Source: an uncultured Candidatus Actinomarina sp. (GTDB lineage Bacteria > Actinomycetota > Acidimicrobiia > Actinomarinales > Actinomarinaceae). From it: 64,000 nt of DNA. The translations under genes were made by a program, and so were the position numbers. The notes beneath the pieces were generated by a model, which was given only the letters and a program-made list of their open reading frames with translations, was not told the origin of the DNA and made no database searches. Location of the stretch: NCBI GenBank assembly GCA_902625455.1, contig CACOBL010000002.1:561-64560 (forward strand), read 5' to 3'. Every line of letters starts with the position of its first letter. Within the stretch, counting starts at the first letter, position 1. Positions 27,840 to 37,339 of the stretch are shown one piece after another.

Positions 27840-28958
27840 ATGAGAGAATTAGCAATAAATATTCATGATTCAATATTTGGATCATTGCCAACAACAGAGT
27901 TACTTAATAAAGCATTTGAAAAGAAAAAAGAATATTTTGGACATTCAATAACCTATAGTCCAAAAGTTTTCATCCCACTTACAACTATGTGTAGAGATAA
28001 TTGTGGATATTGTACTTTTGTAAAATCACCAAAACAAGGCGGGACGTATTTAAATGAAGATGAAGTTATTAGTATCGCAAGTGCCGGTGATGAAGCTGGA
28101 TGTTACGAGGCTTTGTTTACATTGGGAGATAAGCCAGAATTAAAATGGGATTTTGCTAGAGAGCAATTAAATCAATATGGATTTTCTACTACTCATCAAT
28201 ACTTAGTAAATTTAATGCAAAAAGTTAACGAAAACTATAATTTATTCCCTCATGCAAATCCTGGAATTATGAGTAAACAAGAAATTAAAGAATTAAAGAA
28301 ATACTCACCATCAGGAGGCTTGATGATCGAAACATTTTCAAGTAAAGTACATGAAAAAGGTAGAGCTCATTACAAAACTAACACCAAATTTGTAAATCAG
28401 AGAATTAAAACACTTGAAAATGCATTGGATGAAATGTACCCAGTCACCACTGGTTTGCTTTTAGGACTCACAGATACAGAAGAAGAAATTGTAGAAGATA
28501 TAACAAAGCTAATCCTATTAATCAAAGAAAATAAAGCTATTCAGGAAGTCATCCTTCAAAATTTTAGAGCAAAGAAAAATACTATTATGAAAAATAATTC
28601 TGAAATTACAAATGATTTATTCTTACGGATCATAGCAACTACAAGAATTTATTCTCCTTCTCATGTTTCAATACAAGTTCCGCCAAATTTGTCACCTGAT
28701 ATTAATTTATTTTTTAAAAGTGGAATTAATGATCTTGGTGGGATTTCCCCTATAACTATTGACTGGGTTAATCCAGACCATCTTTGGCCAAATATTAATG
28801 ATTTAAAAAATAATATTTCAAGCACTGGACAAAAATTAAAAAAGAGGTTGCCCGTATATCCAGAATTTATAGAAAAAGAATGGTTAAATGAAGATATTTT
28901 TGAAAAAGTTAATAATATTATTGATACAGACGGATATCCACAGGACGCAAATGTATAA
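27840..28958 (+). CDS. cofG: 7,8-didemethyl-8-hydroxy-5-deazariboflavin (FO) synthase subunit CofG
   Basis: TYSPKVFIPLT.MCRDNCGYC radical-SAM motif, PHANPG, EVILQNF, QVPPNL, GINDLGGISP. Confidence 0.9.
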   Translation: MRELAINIHDSIFGSLPTTELLNKAFEKKKEYFGHSITYSPKVFIPLTTMCRDNCGYCTFVKSPKQGGTYLNEDEVISIASAGDEAGCYEALFTLGDKPELKWDFAREQLNQYGFSTTHQYLVNLMQKVNENYNLFPHANPGIMSKQEIKELKKYSPSGGLMIETFSSKVHEKGRAHYKTNTKFVNQRIKTLENALDEMYPVTTGLLLGLTDTEEEIVEDITKLILLIKENKAIQEVILQNFRAKKNTIMKNNSEITNDLFLRIIATTRIYSPSHVSIQVPPNLSPDINLFFKSGINDLGGISPITIDWVNPDHLWPNINDLKNNISSTGQKLKKRLPVYPEFIEKEWLNEDIFEKVNNIIDTDGYPQDANV

Positions 28959-30786
28959 GAATATATCGTTTTTAAGAATCAGACCATGTGATAACGAAAA
29001 TGAAATTTATCTTAATTCAAGACGACTAGAAGGAACTTCCACTTTTTTAATTAGAAGTAAGCTGAAACTTGAAATAAATAAAATACATCAAAAAGAGTTT
29101 CAAACACTCTCTAAAGATATAGAAATTGATGTAGATTCATGGTTAATAAACGACAGTAATTGGAAAAGTTTTATCGATAAACATCCCAAAAGATTAATTT
29201 ATAATTTTAAAAATAAAAAAGAAATAGCTTTGGAAATTATAGATAGGTTAAAGCCACATACAATTTTAGTTTCTAAACCTTCAAATCTTAAATTTTTAAA
29301 TTCAATAAAGACAAATACAAAATTTATAACTACTGCATACGTTGACAACATTGAGGAAGTTGTTGAATATTTAAAATACGGTATATCAGATTTATTATTG
29401 AGAGACTGGAGCTCAGCACAGATTGATGAGTTACAAAATATTGAAGGCTACAATTTCTATGAGAGGACATTACTATCTCCAATTTTTTCAATTGATGAAG
29501 CAAGAGAAGAATTTAATAAGGAAAGATATTTCAGATATTTAAACACAAGAAATGTAAGGGGTTTCAGAAGGGAAAAAACAGACTGGTCTCCGGGAAGTGG
29601 AAAAAAACTTCCAGAATTAAACAATTTTGTATTTAATAATAAAAGTCAATTTAAATATACAGAAATAGATGAGATTTTACAAAATGTTATTAATGGATAT
29701 CAAATTACTGATAATGAATTAAAGTTATTATTTCATACTGCAGGTGAAAAAATAAATGACATTTCGAATACTGCTAATGAATTAAATTTTATAAAAAATG
29801 GTAATAATGTAACATTCGTCAAAAATCGAAATATTAATTATACGAACCAATGTACTTACAAATGTGGATTTTGTGGCTTTTCAAAAGGCCCAAATAGTTT
29901 GAATCTAAAAGAGAAACCTTACTCTATTGATATCCAAGAGATAGTCGATAGATCTGTTGAAGCTTTTGAAATGGGTGCATCAGAAGTTTGTCTACAGGGT
30001 GGAATCCATCCAAATTACACTGGTGAGTTTTATTTAAATATGGTTAAAGAAATTAAACAAGCTATCCCAGAAATGCACATCCACGGTTTTACCCCTTTAG
30101 AGATATGGCAAGGAGCTGAAACGATAAATTTAAGCATTGAAGATTATTTAAAACTTCTTATGGATGCAGGTTTAAATACTCTACCTGGCACTGCAGCTGA
30201 AATATTAGATGACAGAATCCGAAGATTTTTATGTCCTGATAAAATCACTTCTTCTCAATGGGCATATGTCATGGAAGTAGCCCACAGTTTAGGATTGAAA
30301 TCAACAGCAACAATAATGTTTGGCCACATAGATGATATAGATTCATGGGTAAATCATTTTTCATTGATAAAGAATATCCAAATGAATACGGGAGGCTTTA
30401 CAGAAGTTGTGCCGTTACCTTTTGTGCATATGGGATCACCAATTTATCTTAGAGGTAAAAGCATGCCGGGACCTACATGGGATGAAGTAGTCTTGATACA
30501 TTCACTTGCTCGAATATATTTCACAAACATAATTGACAATATACAAGCAAGTTGGGTAAAACTAGGTCACGATGGTGCAGGTAAATTACTTAAAGCTGGT
30601 GTAAATGATCTTGGTGGTACATTAATAAACGAAAACATTAGTAGAGCCTCAGGTGCTGACCACGGTCAAGAAACTACAGGTAAGCAATTTATCGAACTCA
30701 TTGAAAGTTTTAACAAAACACCTATCTTGAGGAATACTCTTTATACAGAATTAAAAAATCCTAAAACTTTAATTAAATATTCATGA
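28951..30786 (+). CDS. cofH: FO synthase subunit CofH with ~230-aa N-terminal extension
   Basis: NRNINYTNQCTYKCGFC, EVCLQGGIHP, PGTAAEIL, NIQASWVK, NDLGGTL.NENISRA; ATG 28951 overlaps the cofG end. Confidence 0.88.
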   Translation: MYKNISFLRIRPCDNENEIYLNSRRLEGTSTFLIRSKLKLEINKIHQKEFQTLSKDIEIDVDSWLINDSNWKSFIDKHPKRLIYNFKNKKEIALEIIDRLKPHTILVSKPSNLKFLNSIKTNTKFITTAYVDNIEEVVEYLKYGISDLLLRDWSSAQIDELQNIEGYNFYERTLLSPIFSIDEAREEFNKERYFRYLNTRNVRGFRREKTDWSPGSGKKLPELNNFVFNNKSQFKYTEIDEILQNVINGYQITDNELKLLFHTAGEKINDISNTANELNFIKNGNNVTFVKNRNINYTNQCTYKCGFCGFSKGPNSLNLKEKPYSIDIQEIVDRSVEAFEMGASEVCLQGGIHPNYTGEFYLNMVKEIKQAIPEMHIHGFTPLEIWQGAETINLSIEDYLKLLMDAGLNTLPGTAAEILDDRIRRFLCPDKITSSQWAYVMEVAHSLGLKSTATIMFGHIDDIDSWVNHFSLIKNIQMNTGGFTEVVPLPFVHMGSPIYLRGKSMPGPTWDEVVLIHSLARIYFTNIIDNIQASWVKLGHDGAGKLLKAGVNDLGGTLINENISRASGADHGQETTGKQFIELIESFNKTPILRNTLYTELKNPKTLIKYS

Positions 30787-31418
30787 ATACATATAATGTC
30801 ATAACATTATTTCCAAAATTAGTAGAAGAGTGGAAAAATATAGGAATTGTTAGACAAGCAATTAAAAATGAACTTGTAAATATTCAAACAACAGATTTAA
30901 GAGAGTATGGAATTGGAGATTATAAACAAGTTGATGATTCTCCATATGGTGGAGGGCCTGGAATGGTATTAATGCCCGAACCGTTAGATAACGCTATTAA
31001 GTCATTCAATTCTGAAGTAAATGTTTTCTTAACTCCCTCAGGGGAACAATTGAATGAAGTACTATTGATGAAATTACTATCTTTTAAGTCAATAAATGTG
31101 ATAGCTGGTAGGTATGAAGGATTTGATCAAAGAATCTTAGATATTCATGCAGATTTTAAGGTTTCTATAGGACATGCAGTTGTTTCTGGAGGAGAGGTTC
31201 CAGCAATGTATATGCTTGAAGCATTAGTCAGAAGAATTCCAGGAGTATTAGGAAATCCTGAATCATTAAAATTTGAAACATTTAATGATAACAAATATGA
31301 TTTTCCTGTGTATACCAGGCCTGAAACCTTTAATAATTTATCAGTTCCAGAAGTTTTGTTGTCTGGAAATCATAAAGAAATTGAAGAATGGAAAAAGAAT
31401 AATTTAAAAGACATATAA
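30783..31418 (+). CDS. trmD: tRNA (guanine37-N1)-methyltransferase
   Basis: VDDSPYGGGPGM, GRYEGFDQR, SGGE, YTRP, VPEVLLSGNH. Confidence 0.95.
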   Translation: MNTYNVITLFPKLVEEWKNIGIVRQAIKNELVNIQTTDLREYGIGDYKQVDDSPYGGGPGMVLMPEPLDNAIKSFNSEVNVFLTPSGEQLNEVLLMKLLSFKSINVIAGRYEGFDQRILDIHADFKVSIGHAVVSGGEVPAMYMLEALVRRIPGVLGNPESLKFETFNDNKYDFPVYTRPETFNNLSVPEVLLSGNHKEIEEWKKNNLKDI

Positions 31419-31455
31419 AGTATATTTACTTATATAATTCTTTCTTGGAGTCATT

Positions 31456-31800
31456 ATGGATTTAATCGAAAATATTGAAAAACAGTTTTTAAAAGAAGAT
31501 TTACCAGAATTCAAATCTGGAGACACAGTAAAAGTTAATGTAAAAGTCTCTGAAGGAAATAGAGAGAGAATTCAGACATTCGAAGGTGTCATTATTGCCA
31601 TAAACGGTGTTGGAATCAATAAAACAATTACAGTGCGAAAATTGTCATTTGGAGTTGGTGTAGAGAGAATATTTCCTGTTCATGCACCAATATTAGATTC
31701 CCTAGAAGTTGTTAGAAAAGGTAAGGTTAGACGCTCAAAACTATATTATCTTCGTGATCGAGTGGGTAAATCTGCAAAAATTAAAGAAGATCGCAATTAA
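31456..31800 (+). CDS. rplS: 50S ribosomal protein L19
   Basis: [35 protein letters not shown]. Confidence 0.97.
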   Translation: MDLIENIEKQFLKEDLPEFKSGDTVKVNVKVSEGNRERIQTFEGVIIAINGVGINKTITVRKLSFGVGVERIFPVHAPILDSLEVVRKGKVRRSKLYYLRDRVGKSAKIKEDRN

Positions 31801-31817
31801 CTAATTATTATTAAATT

Positions 31818-32405
31818 ATTATCAAAAAAATACTTAAATTAATTTCAACGATTGTTCTGGCAGTTCTTGCAGCTACATTAGTAAGAACATTACTAGTTCA
31901 AATATATTACATTCCCTCAACATCAATGGAACCCACATTAAAAATAGACGATAGAGTCCTTGTAGTAAAAGATACAATTGTACAATTGAATATCGACAGT
32001 GGAGACATTGTGGTTTTTTATAACAATGATTCTGAGCATTCAGTTGGTTTATTCCAAGAATATCTAGACGGGCTTCAAATATGGAAAATAAATGATATAG
32101 ACTCCCAAAACAATATTGCGATTATTAAAAGAGTAGTGGGGGTTGGTGGTGATATAGTTGAAATCTTAGAAAACGGAGAAGTATTCGTTAATAATTCAAA
32201 ATTTACAATACTAAATATTGATGAAGGAGTTAATTTCAAGAGAGAAACATTTTTAATTCCTGAAAACGAGATTTTTGTATTAGGTGACAATAGACCAAAT
32301 AGTCAAGACTCTAGATACATTGGAACTATTCCTATGGGAAATATTATTGGAAAAGCTACGCATTTAATTTATCCCATAGAAAATTTTAAAAAACTAGATG
32401 ATTGA
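31818..32405 (+). CDS. lepB: signal peptidase I (start inferred at non-canonical ATT)
   Basis: The frame upstream of ATG 31926 encodes a TM helix and IPSTS|MEPTL (catalytic Ser); IKRVVG (Lys); GDNRPNSQDSRY. Confidence 0.85.
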   Translation: MIKKILKLISTIVLAVLAATLVRTLLVQIYYIPSTSMEPTLKIDDRVLVVKDTIVQLNIDSGDIVVFYNNDSEHSVGLFQEYLDGLQIWKINDIDSQNNIAIIKRVVGVGGDIVEILENGEVFVNNSKFTILNIDEGVNFKRETFLIPENEIFVLGDNRPNSQDSRYIGTIPMGNIIGKATHLIYPIENFKKLDD

Positions 32406-32985
32406 AGATAAAATTTGGAAATCAAATCCAAGCAATTACATTATAGGAAGTGATGAAGTTGGAAGGGGTTCTTTTGCTGGACCAATTGGTGCAGCTTCTG
32501 TACGTGTTAATTATGAAAGTATAGATTTGTTAATGGACGTCAAAGACTCAAAAAAGTTATCTCCAAAAAAAAGAAATCAAATATTTGAATTAGTTCAAGA
32601 AAAAGAAATAGAATATTCTTATAAAGAACGTGACAATAAATTTATTGATCTTTACGGAATAAAATTAGCAAACGAAAAAGTTTTAGAAGATTCTATATCA
32701 TCGATATTCCAAGATGGTGATATCGTATACGTTGATCATTTTAAAATATCAAAATTTAATGCTATTTCAATTATTAGAGGTGAGGACAACTGCAGGCCAA
32801 TTGCTCTCGCTAGTATTGTCGCAAAAGTTCTTAGAGATAATTTTATGATTGAGATATCAGAGGAATATAACAGATACGCATTTGCTAGAAATAAAGGTTA
32901 TGGAACTAAAGAACATAGATTAGCAATTCAAAAATATGGACTCTCCGATTTTCATCGTAAATCTTTTAATTTAATGCCCAAATAA
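32398..32985 (+). CDS. rnhB: ribonuclease HII
   Basis: DEVGRG..AGP, DSKKLS, IALASIVAKV.RD, NKGYGT, HRKSF. Confidence 0.93.
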   Translation: MIEDKIWKSNPSNYIIGSDEVGRGSFAGPIGAASVRVNYESIDLLMDVKDSKKLSPKKRNQIFELVQEKEIEYSYKERDNKFIDLYGIKLANEKVLEDSISSIFQDGDIVYVDHFKISKFNAISIIRGEDNCRPIALASIVAKVLRDNFMIEISEEYNRYAFARNKGYGTKEHRLAIQKYGLSDFHRKSFNLMPK

Positions 32986-33073
32986 CAACAATAATTGTTA
33001 ACAACAGTGCAGCAATAATATTCAAATAGTCTGTTTTATTTGCCTTGTATGGTTTATTTGGATCAAATCCCAT
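32966..33073 (-). CDS. small single-pass membrane protein (35 aa), absent from the ORF track
   Basis: MGFDPNKPYKANKTDYLNIIAALLLTIIVVIWALN; TAGAAT lies 6 nt before the ATG; fills an otherwise empty gap. Confidence 0.6.
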   Translation of the reverse strand: MGFDPNKPYKANKTDYLNIIAALLLTIIVVIWALN

Positions 33074-33111
33074 ACATACATTCTAAATAGATTTGTATTA
33101 AACTTTTTAAT

Positions 33112-33867
33112 ATGACACTTGAATCAAATATTATAAATGAAATTAAATTCCTACAATTTAATGATGAAAAAGCGATGAATGCTATTAGTGCTGATGATTG
33201 GATTAAATTACAAGAGGAACTTGATTCATTTGAAAATAGCGAATTAAAGTACTTGGTGATTAAGCATATCAATGGTAATTATTCTGCTGGCGCACAATTA
33301 GGAGAAACAGTCAATGCACTGATGGACGATGTTTCTAATGCAGCAATAAAAATGTGGAACTGTAAAAAACCTATAATATCTCTTGTTGATGGAATTGCTG
33401 CAGGTGCTGGAGCAAATATGATGCTCCTTAGTGATTTCATTATTGCAACACCTCAAACAAGGTTTATTGAAGTTTTTGTTAGAAGAGGACTAGTTGTTGA
33501 TTTTGGTGGTTCATGGGTTTTACCAAGGATAATTGGAATTCAAAAAGCAAAAGAATTAATGATGACATCTAATGAAATCAATGGCGAAGAACTAGATAGA
33601 TTAGGAGTCCTTTACAAATTAACTCAATCTGAAAATATGGATACAGAATTTAAAAATTTAATCGAAAATTTAAATAAACAAAGTTTTATATCTATTTGTA
33701 TGGTCAAACAACAAATTAAAGATGGCTTGGATTTAACATTCGAGAAATCAATAGGAAACGAAACAATAAATCAAAATAGTAGATTTCAGCATGCGGATGT
33801 TGCTGAAGGTATGACTGCTTTTTTTGAAAAAAGACAACCAAATTATAAAAATACATTGGATGAATAA
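33112..33867 (+). CDS. enoyl-CoA hydratase/isomerase family protein
   Basis: MNAI, YSAGAQL, KPII..VDGIAAGAG, GLVVDFGG, EG..AF.EKRQP. Confidence 0.85.
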   Translation: MTLESNIINEIKFLQFNDEKAMNAISADDWIKLQEELDSFENSELKYLVIKHINGNYSAGAQLGETVNALMDDVSNAAIKMWNCKKPIISLVDGIAAGAGANMMLLSDFIIATPQTRFIEVFVRRGLVVDFGGSWVLPRIIGIQKAKELMMTSNEINGEELDRLGVLYKLTQSENMDTEFKNLIENLNKQSFISICMVKQQIKDGLDLTFEKSIGNETINQNSRFQHADVAEGMTAFFEKRQPNYKNTLDE

Positions 33868-33941
33868 AATAATTGCATAATTATACATTTAAGTGAATAT
33901 TTATGCGATACTTTATACTTAAGAAATTGGAGGTTTACTAA

Positions 33942-34826
33942 GTGAAATCTAAGAAATCACTCCTTTTAATTTTTGTTTTAGCATTGGTAGCTACAGCTTG
34001 TTCAACCGCTGCAACTCCATGTGATGAAGCAGAAATTACAACAGGAGAAAATGGATTACCTGATTTAGGTGGTTGTGAATTTACGTTTGCTGTAGAGAAT
34101 GCATATTTGCCATTCAATTATATTGATGCAGCTGACGGTGAAGCTAAAGGCTGGGACTATGATGTATTTAATCATATGGGTGAATTAATGAACTTTACAC
34201 CAGTTTATGTACCAGCAGCTTGGGATGGAATGATACAAGCTGTAGCTGATGGACAATTCATGGTTGCTGGTGACGGTATAACAATCACAGCAGAGAGAGA
34301 TGAAATTATTGACTTTTCTAATGGTTACATCAATCTAGCCCAAAGAGTACTTGTAGCAGTTGGTAACGATGAAATTACGAGTATTGATGATCTTAAAAAT
34401 GGAGATTATACAGTCGCAACTCAAAAAGGAACTACAAACTATGAGTTTGCAGTTGCTGAATTAGGTGAAGATAAAGTTAAAGCATTTGATGATTTTAACT
34501 TTGCTATTCAAGCTGTTATCTCTGGTGATGCAGATGCGTCTATTATTGATGAGACTGCCGGTTTAGGATACATGGGTGCAAATAAAGATCAAGTTAAGTT
34601 GGTTGGTGGAGATTTAACATCTGAACAATTAGGGTTTGCATTTCCTAATGGAAGTCCATTAGTAGATGTTGTTAATCAAGGCCTTGCAGCTATGGAAGAA
34701 AGTGGAAAACTTGCAGAAATAAATGCGAAGTTCTTTTCACCAGATTTTGCAGTTACTTATGATGATATAGCAGAGTGTGATGAAAACATTCCTGCTGAAT
34801 ATCTTCCTGAGGATTGTGACGTATAA
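33942..34826 (+). CDS. polar amino-acid ABC transporter substrate-binding lipoprotein
   Basis: Lipobox ATAC, ENAYLPFN, WDGMI, ITITAER, QKGTT; GGAGG then GTG start. Confidence 0.88.
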   Translation: MKSKKSLLLIFVLALVATACSTAATPCDEAEITTGENGLPDLGGCEFTFAVENAYLPFNYIDAADGEAKGWDYDVFNHMGELMNFTPVYVPAAWDGMIQAVADGQFMVAGDGITITAERDEIIDFSNGYINLAQRVLVAVGNDEITSIDDLKNGDYTVATQKGTTNYEFAVAELGEDKVKAFDDFNFAIQAVISGDADASIIDETAGLGYMGANKDQVKLVGGDLTSEQLGFAFPNGSPLVDVVNQGLAAMEESGKLAEINAKFFSPDFAVTYDDIAECDENIPAEYLPEDCDV

Positions 34827-34855
34827 ATAAGTAAATTATTTATATATAAATTTGT

Positions 34856-34890
34856 AATAGGCACGGAAAACCGTGCCTATTGCTTTATTA
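34856..34890 (+). terminator. 11-bp stem-loop between binding-protein and permease genes
   Basis: AATAGGCACGG-AAAA-CCGTGCCTATT perfect stem followed by a T-rich tail. Confidence 0.7.
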
Positions 34891-34902
34891 TTAGAAAAAT
34901 AC

Positions 34903-35658
34903 ATGAAAATTAAAAATTTATTCAAACCTGACAATTGGTGGTTGCTGATATTGATTGGAATCATTTCCTGGATGATTTATGTCATTTTTTCTAATCCAGA
35001 ATATAACAAAGCTTTTAATTTTATTCTTCCTGGGCTTTCTATAACTTTTTTATCAACAATAATTTCATTTGTAATCGCACTTTTTTTAGGTTTGATATCT
35101 GGGATTGGTCGTATTTCTAAAAACAAATTAGCTAGTACAATATCTAGAACTTACATTGAATTTATAAGGGGTGTCCCTGTACTTATCTTAATTTTCACGA
35201 TTGCATTTGTTGTAGTTGTTAGAGGTGCTGAATTTTTTAATATAAATAATGGCAATGTTCCAATGCTTGTTCGTGCAATAATTGCTTTGTCAGTATTTTA
35301 TGGTGCATATATTGCTGAGGTGTTTAGAGCGGGTATAGAATCTGTTCCTGTAGGTCAGCGTGAAGGAGGAGCATCTCTTGGTTTAACAGACAGGCAGGTT
35401 ATGAGATTTATAGTTTTACCTCAAGCTTTTAGAAACATGCTTCCGGCCTTAGGAAATGATTTCATATCAATGATGAAAGATTCTTCATTATTATCAGTAT
35501 TAGCTGTTGAAGATTTGACATACAGAGGTAGATTGTATTCAGGAAGTACCTTCAGATTTGCAGAAACTTATCTTGTTCTTACTGTTTTATATTTAATAAT
35601 TACACTGATATTATCAGGACTACAGAGAAGACTTGAGAAAAGACTTGAATCTAAATAA
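34903..35658 (+). CDS. amino-acid ABC transporter permease (HisM/GlnP-like)
   Basis: [38 protein letters not shown]; start placed at ATG 34903. Confidence 0.9.
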   Translation: MKIKNLFKPDNWWLLILIGIISWMIYVIFSNPEYNKAFNFILPGLSITFLSTIISFVIALFLGLISGIGRISKNKLASTISRTYIEFIRGVPVLILIFTIAFVVVVRGAEFFNINNGNVPMLVRAIIALSVFYGAYIAEVFRAGIESVPVGQREGGASLGLTDRQVMRFIVLPQAFRNMLPALGNDFISMMKDSSLLSVLAVEDLTYRGRLYSGSTFRFAETYLVLTVLYLIITLILSGLQRRLEKRLESK

Positions 35659-36502
35659 TCAATCAGATAGAGAAAAAATACTCAATGAATATTTAGTTTA
35701 TATAAAAAATGTAAAAAATTACTCAGAGAATACTATTAAATCTTATAGATCAGATATAAAACATTATTTTGAAAATTCTGAAAGAATTGGAGAATTTTCA
35801 AATTATCTTAAAATTTTAAATAAGGATAGATATTCAAAAACTTCTGTCAATCGTAAAATTACATCAATCAGAACTTTTTTATATTGGGCTATTGATAGTG
35901 GTTACTTAAATCAAAATGAAATAAAAATTGTAAATAATCTCAAAGTTGAAAAAAAACTACCAAATGTTCTAACGTCATCTTATATAAATAAACTACTAGA
36001 CGGCCTCCCTGAATCTACTGAAAAAGATCTCAGAGATAAAGCCATTTTGGAGATAATGTATTCATCTGGCCTGAGAGTTAGCGAAGTATCAAATTTAACT
36101 TTAAACAGTATAAATAAAAATAACTCTATAAAAGTCTTGGGTAAAGGGAATAAAGAAAGAGTACTACCTATGACCAAAAGAGCATATGTATATATTAAAA
36201 AATATATTGAAACTTCTAGACCAAAATTTCAAAATGAAAAATCAAAAAATAATCTTTTTCTTGGTGTAAGGGGAGGTCGATTAAACGATAGAGAAATTAG
36301 ACGAATTGTTAAACTTAGGTGTGGAACATTCCCACATAGCATTAGGCATACTTTTGCAACTCATTTGCTGGAAGGCGGTGCAGATTTGAGAATAGTACAA
36401 GAACTTCTAGGTCACAACGATCCCAGTACGACACAAATTTATACACATGTATCAAAGAAGCAACTACAAAAAAAATATAAACAATCTCATCCAAGGGGTT
36501 GA
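35633..36502 (+). CDS. xerC: tyrosine recombinase XerC (start may be TTG 35645)
   Basis: [55 protein letters not shown]; upstream of rpsB as in actinobacteria. Confidence 0.88.
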   Translation: MRKDLNLNNQSDREKILNEYLVYIKNVKNYSENTIKSYRSDIKHYFENSERIGEFSNYLKILNKDRYSKTSVNRKITSIRTFLYWAIDSGYLNQNEIKIVNNLKVEKKLPNVLTSSYINKLLDGLPESTEKDLRDKAILEIMYSSGLRVSEVSNLTLNSINKNNSIKVLGKGNKERVLPMTKRAYVYIKKYIETSRPKFQNEKSKNNLFLGVRGGRLNDREIRRIVKLRCGTFPHSIRHTFATHLLEGGADLRIVQELLGHNDPSTTQIYTHVSKKQLQKKYKQSHPRG

Positions 36503-36537
36503 ATAATATCTTTTCGATATTAGAATTCTTATGAAAA

Positions 36538-36620
36538 TAGACACCATATTTGCAAGTTTCCTTGGTGAACGAAAGTTTGGAAACCGCTTAGGCAAGGAAT
36601 ATGGGATGTATAAACCAAAG
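36538..36620 (+). promoter_or_regulatory. rpsB 5' leader RNA (S2 autoregulatory, t44-like)
   Basis: ACACCATATT can pair with AATATGG(GA)TGT around an inner hairpin; located in the rpsB leader. Confidence 0.55.
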
Positions 36621-36628
36621 GAGAAAAA

Positions 36629-37339
36629 TTGAGTACAACAATGAAAGACCTGCTTGAAGCAGGCGTACATTTTGGACATCAAACTCAACGATGGAATCCC
36701 AAAATGAATAAATTTATCTATGGAGCTAAAAGTGGCATTCACATTTTAGATCTTAGAATCACTTACGATGCAATTGAACAAGCACAAGAATATGTACAAA
36801 AGTTAGTTGCAAATAGTGGAAAGGTTTTATTTGTAGGAACTAAACCACAAGCTCAACAAGTAATTGAAGATCAAGCAGTACGTGCAGGTATGCCTTATGT
36901 AAACTTTAGATGGTTGGGTGGAATGCTCACAAATTTTAAAACAATCATCAAAAGAGTAGTTTATTTAAAAGAATTAAAGTCATTAGAGTCATCAGGTGAA
37001 ATAAATGCATATACAAAATCTGAAAGACTAAGGATTAAAAGAGAGATTGAAAAACTTACAAAATCAATAGGTGGAATTGTAAATTTAAATAAACTTCCAG
37101 ATGCAATTTTTGTTGTTGATCTTTTAAACGAATCAACAGCTATTACAGAAGCACAAAAATTAGGTATTCCAGTTATTGGTTTAGCGGACTCAAATGTAGA
37201 TCCTGAAGGTGTTGAAATTGTTATTCCTGGTAATGATGATGCAATAAGATCGATTGAATTAATTGCATCAGCAATTGCTGATGCTTGCCTTAAAGGTTCA
37301 GGCAAAAGAAGTGAAGTCGAGAATAAGGAGAATGAATAA
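36629..37339 (+). CDS. rpsB: 30S ribosomal protein S2
   Basis: LLEAGVHFGH, RWNPKM, RWLGGMLTNF, PGNDDAIRS; AGGAG then TTG start. Confidence 0.97.
   Translation: MSTTMKDLLEAGVHFGHQTQRWNPKMNKFIYGAKSGIHILDLRITYDAIEQAQEYVQKLVANSGKVLFVGTKPQAQQVIEDQAVRAGMPYVNFRWLGGMLTNFKTIIKRVVYLKELKSLESSGEINAYTKSERLRIKREIEKLTKSIGGIVNLNKLPDAIFVVDLLNESTAITEAQKLGIPVIGLADSNVDPEGVEIVIPGNDDAIRSIELIASAIADACLKGSGKRSEVENKENE

Noticed and set aside
28888..28958. Possible programmed frameshift fusing cofG to cofH
   Set aside because: cofG ends with a complete C-terminus and cofH has its own overlapping ATG; translational coupling is the simpler explanation
35633..36502. Tyrosine recombinase as a possible prophage or island integrase
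   Set aside because: It has XerC-type motifs and the usual position upstream of rpsB; no att repeats, tRNA or cargo genes are nearby
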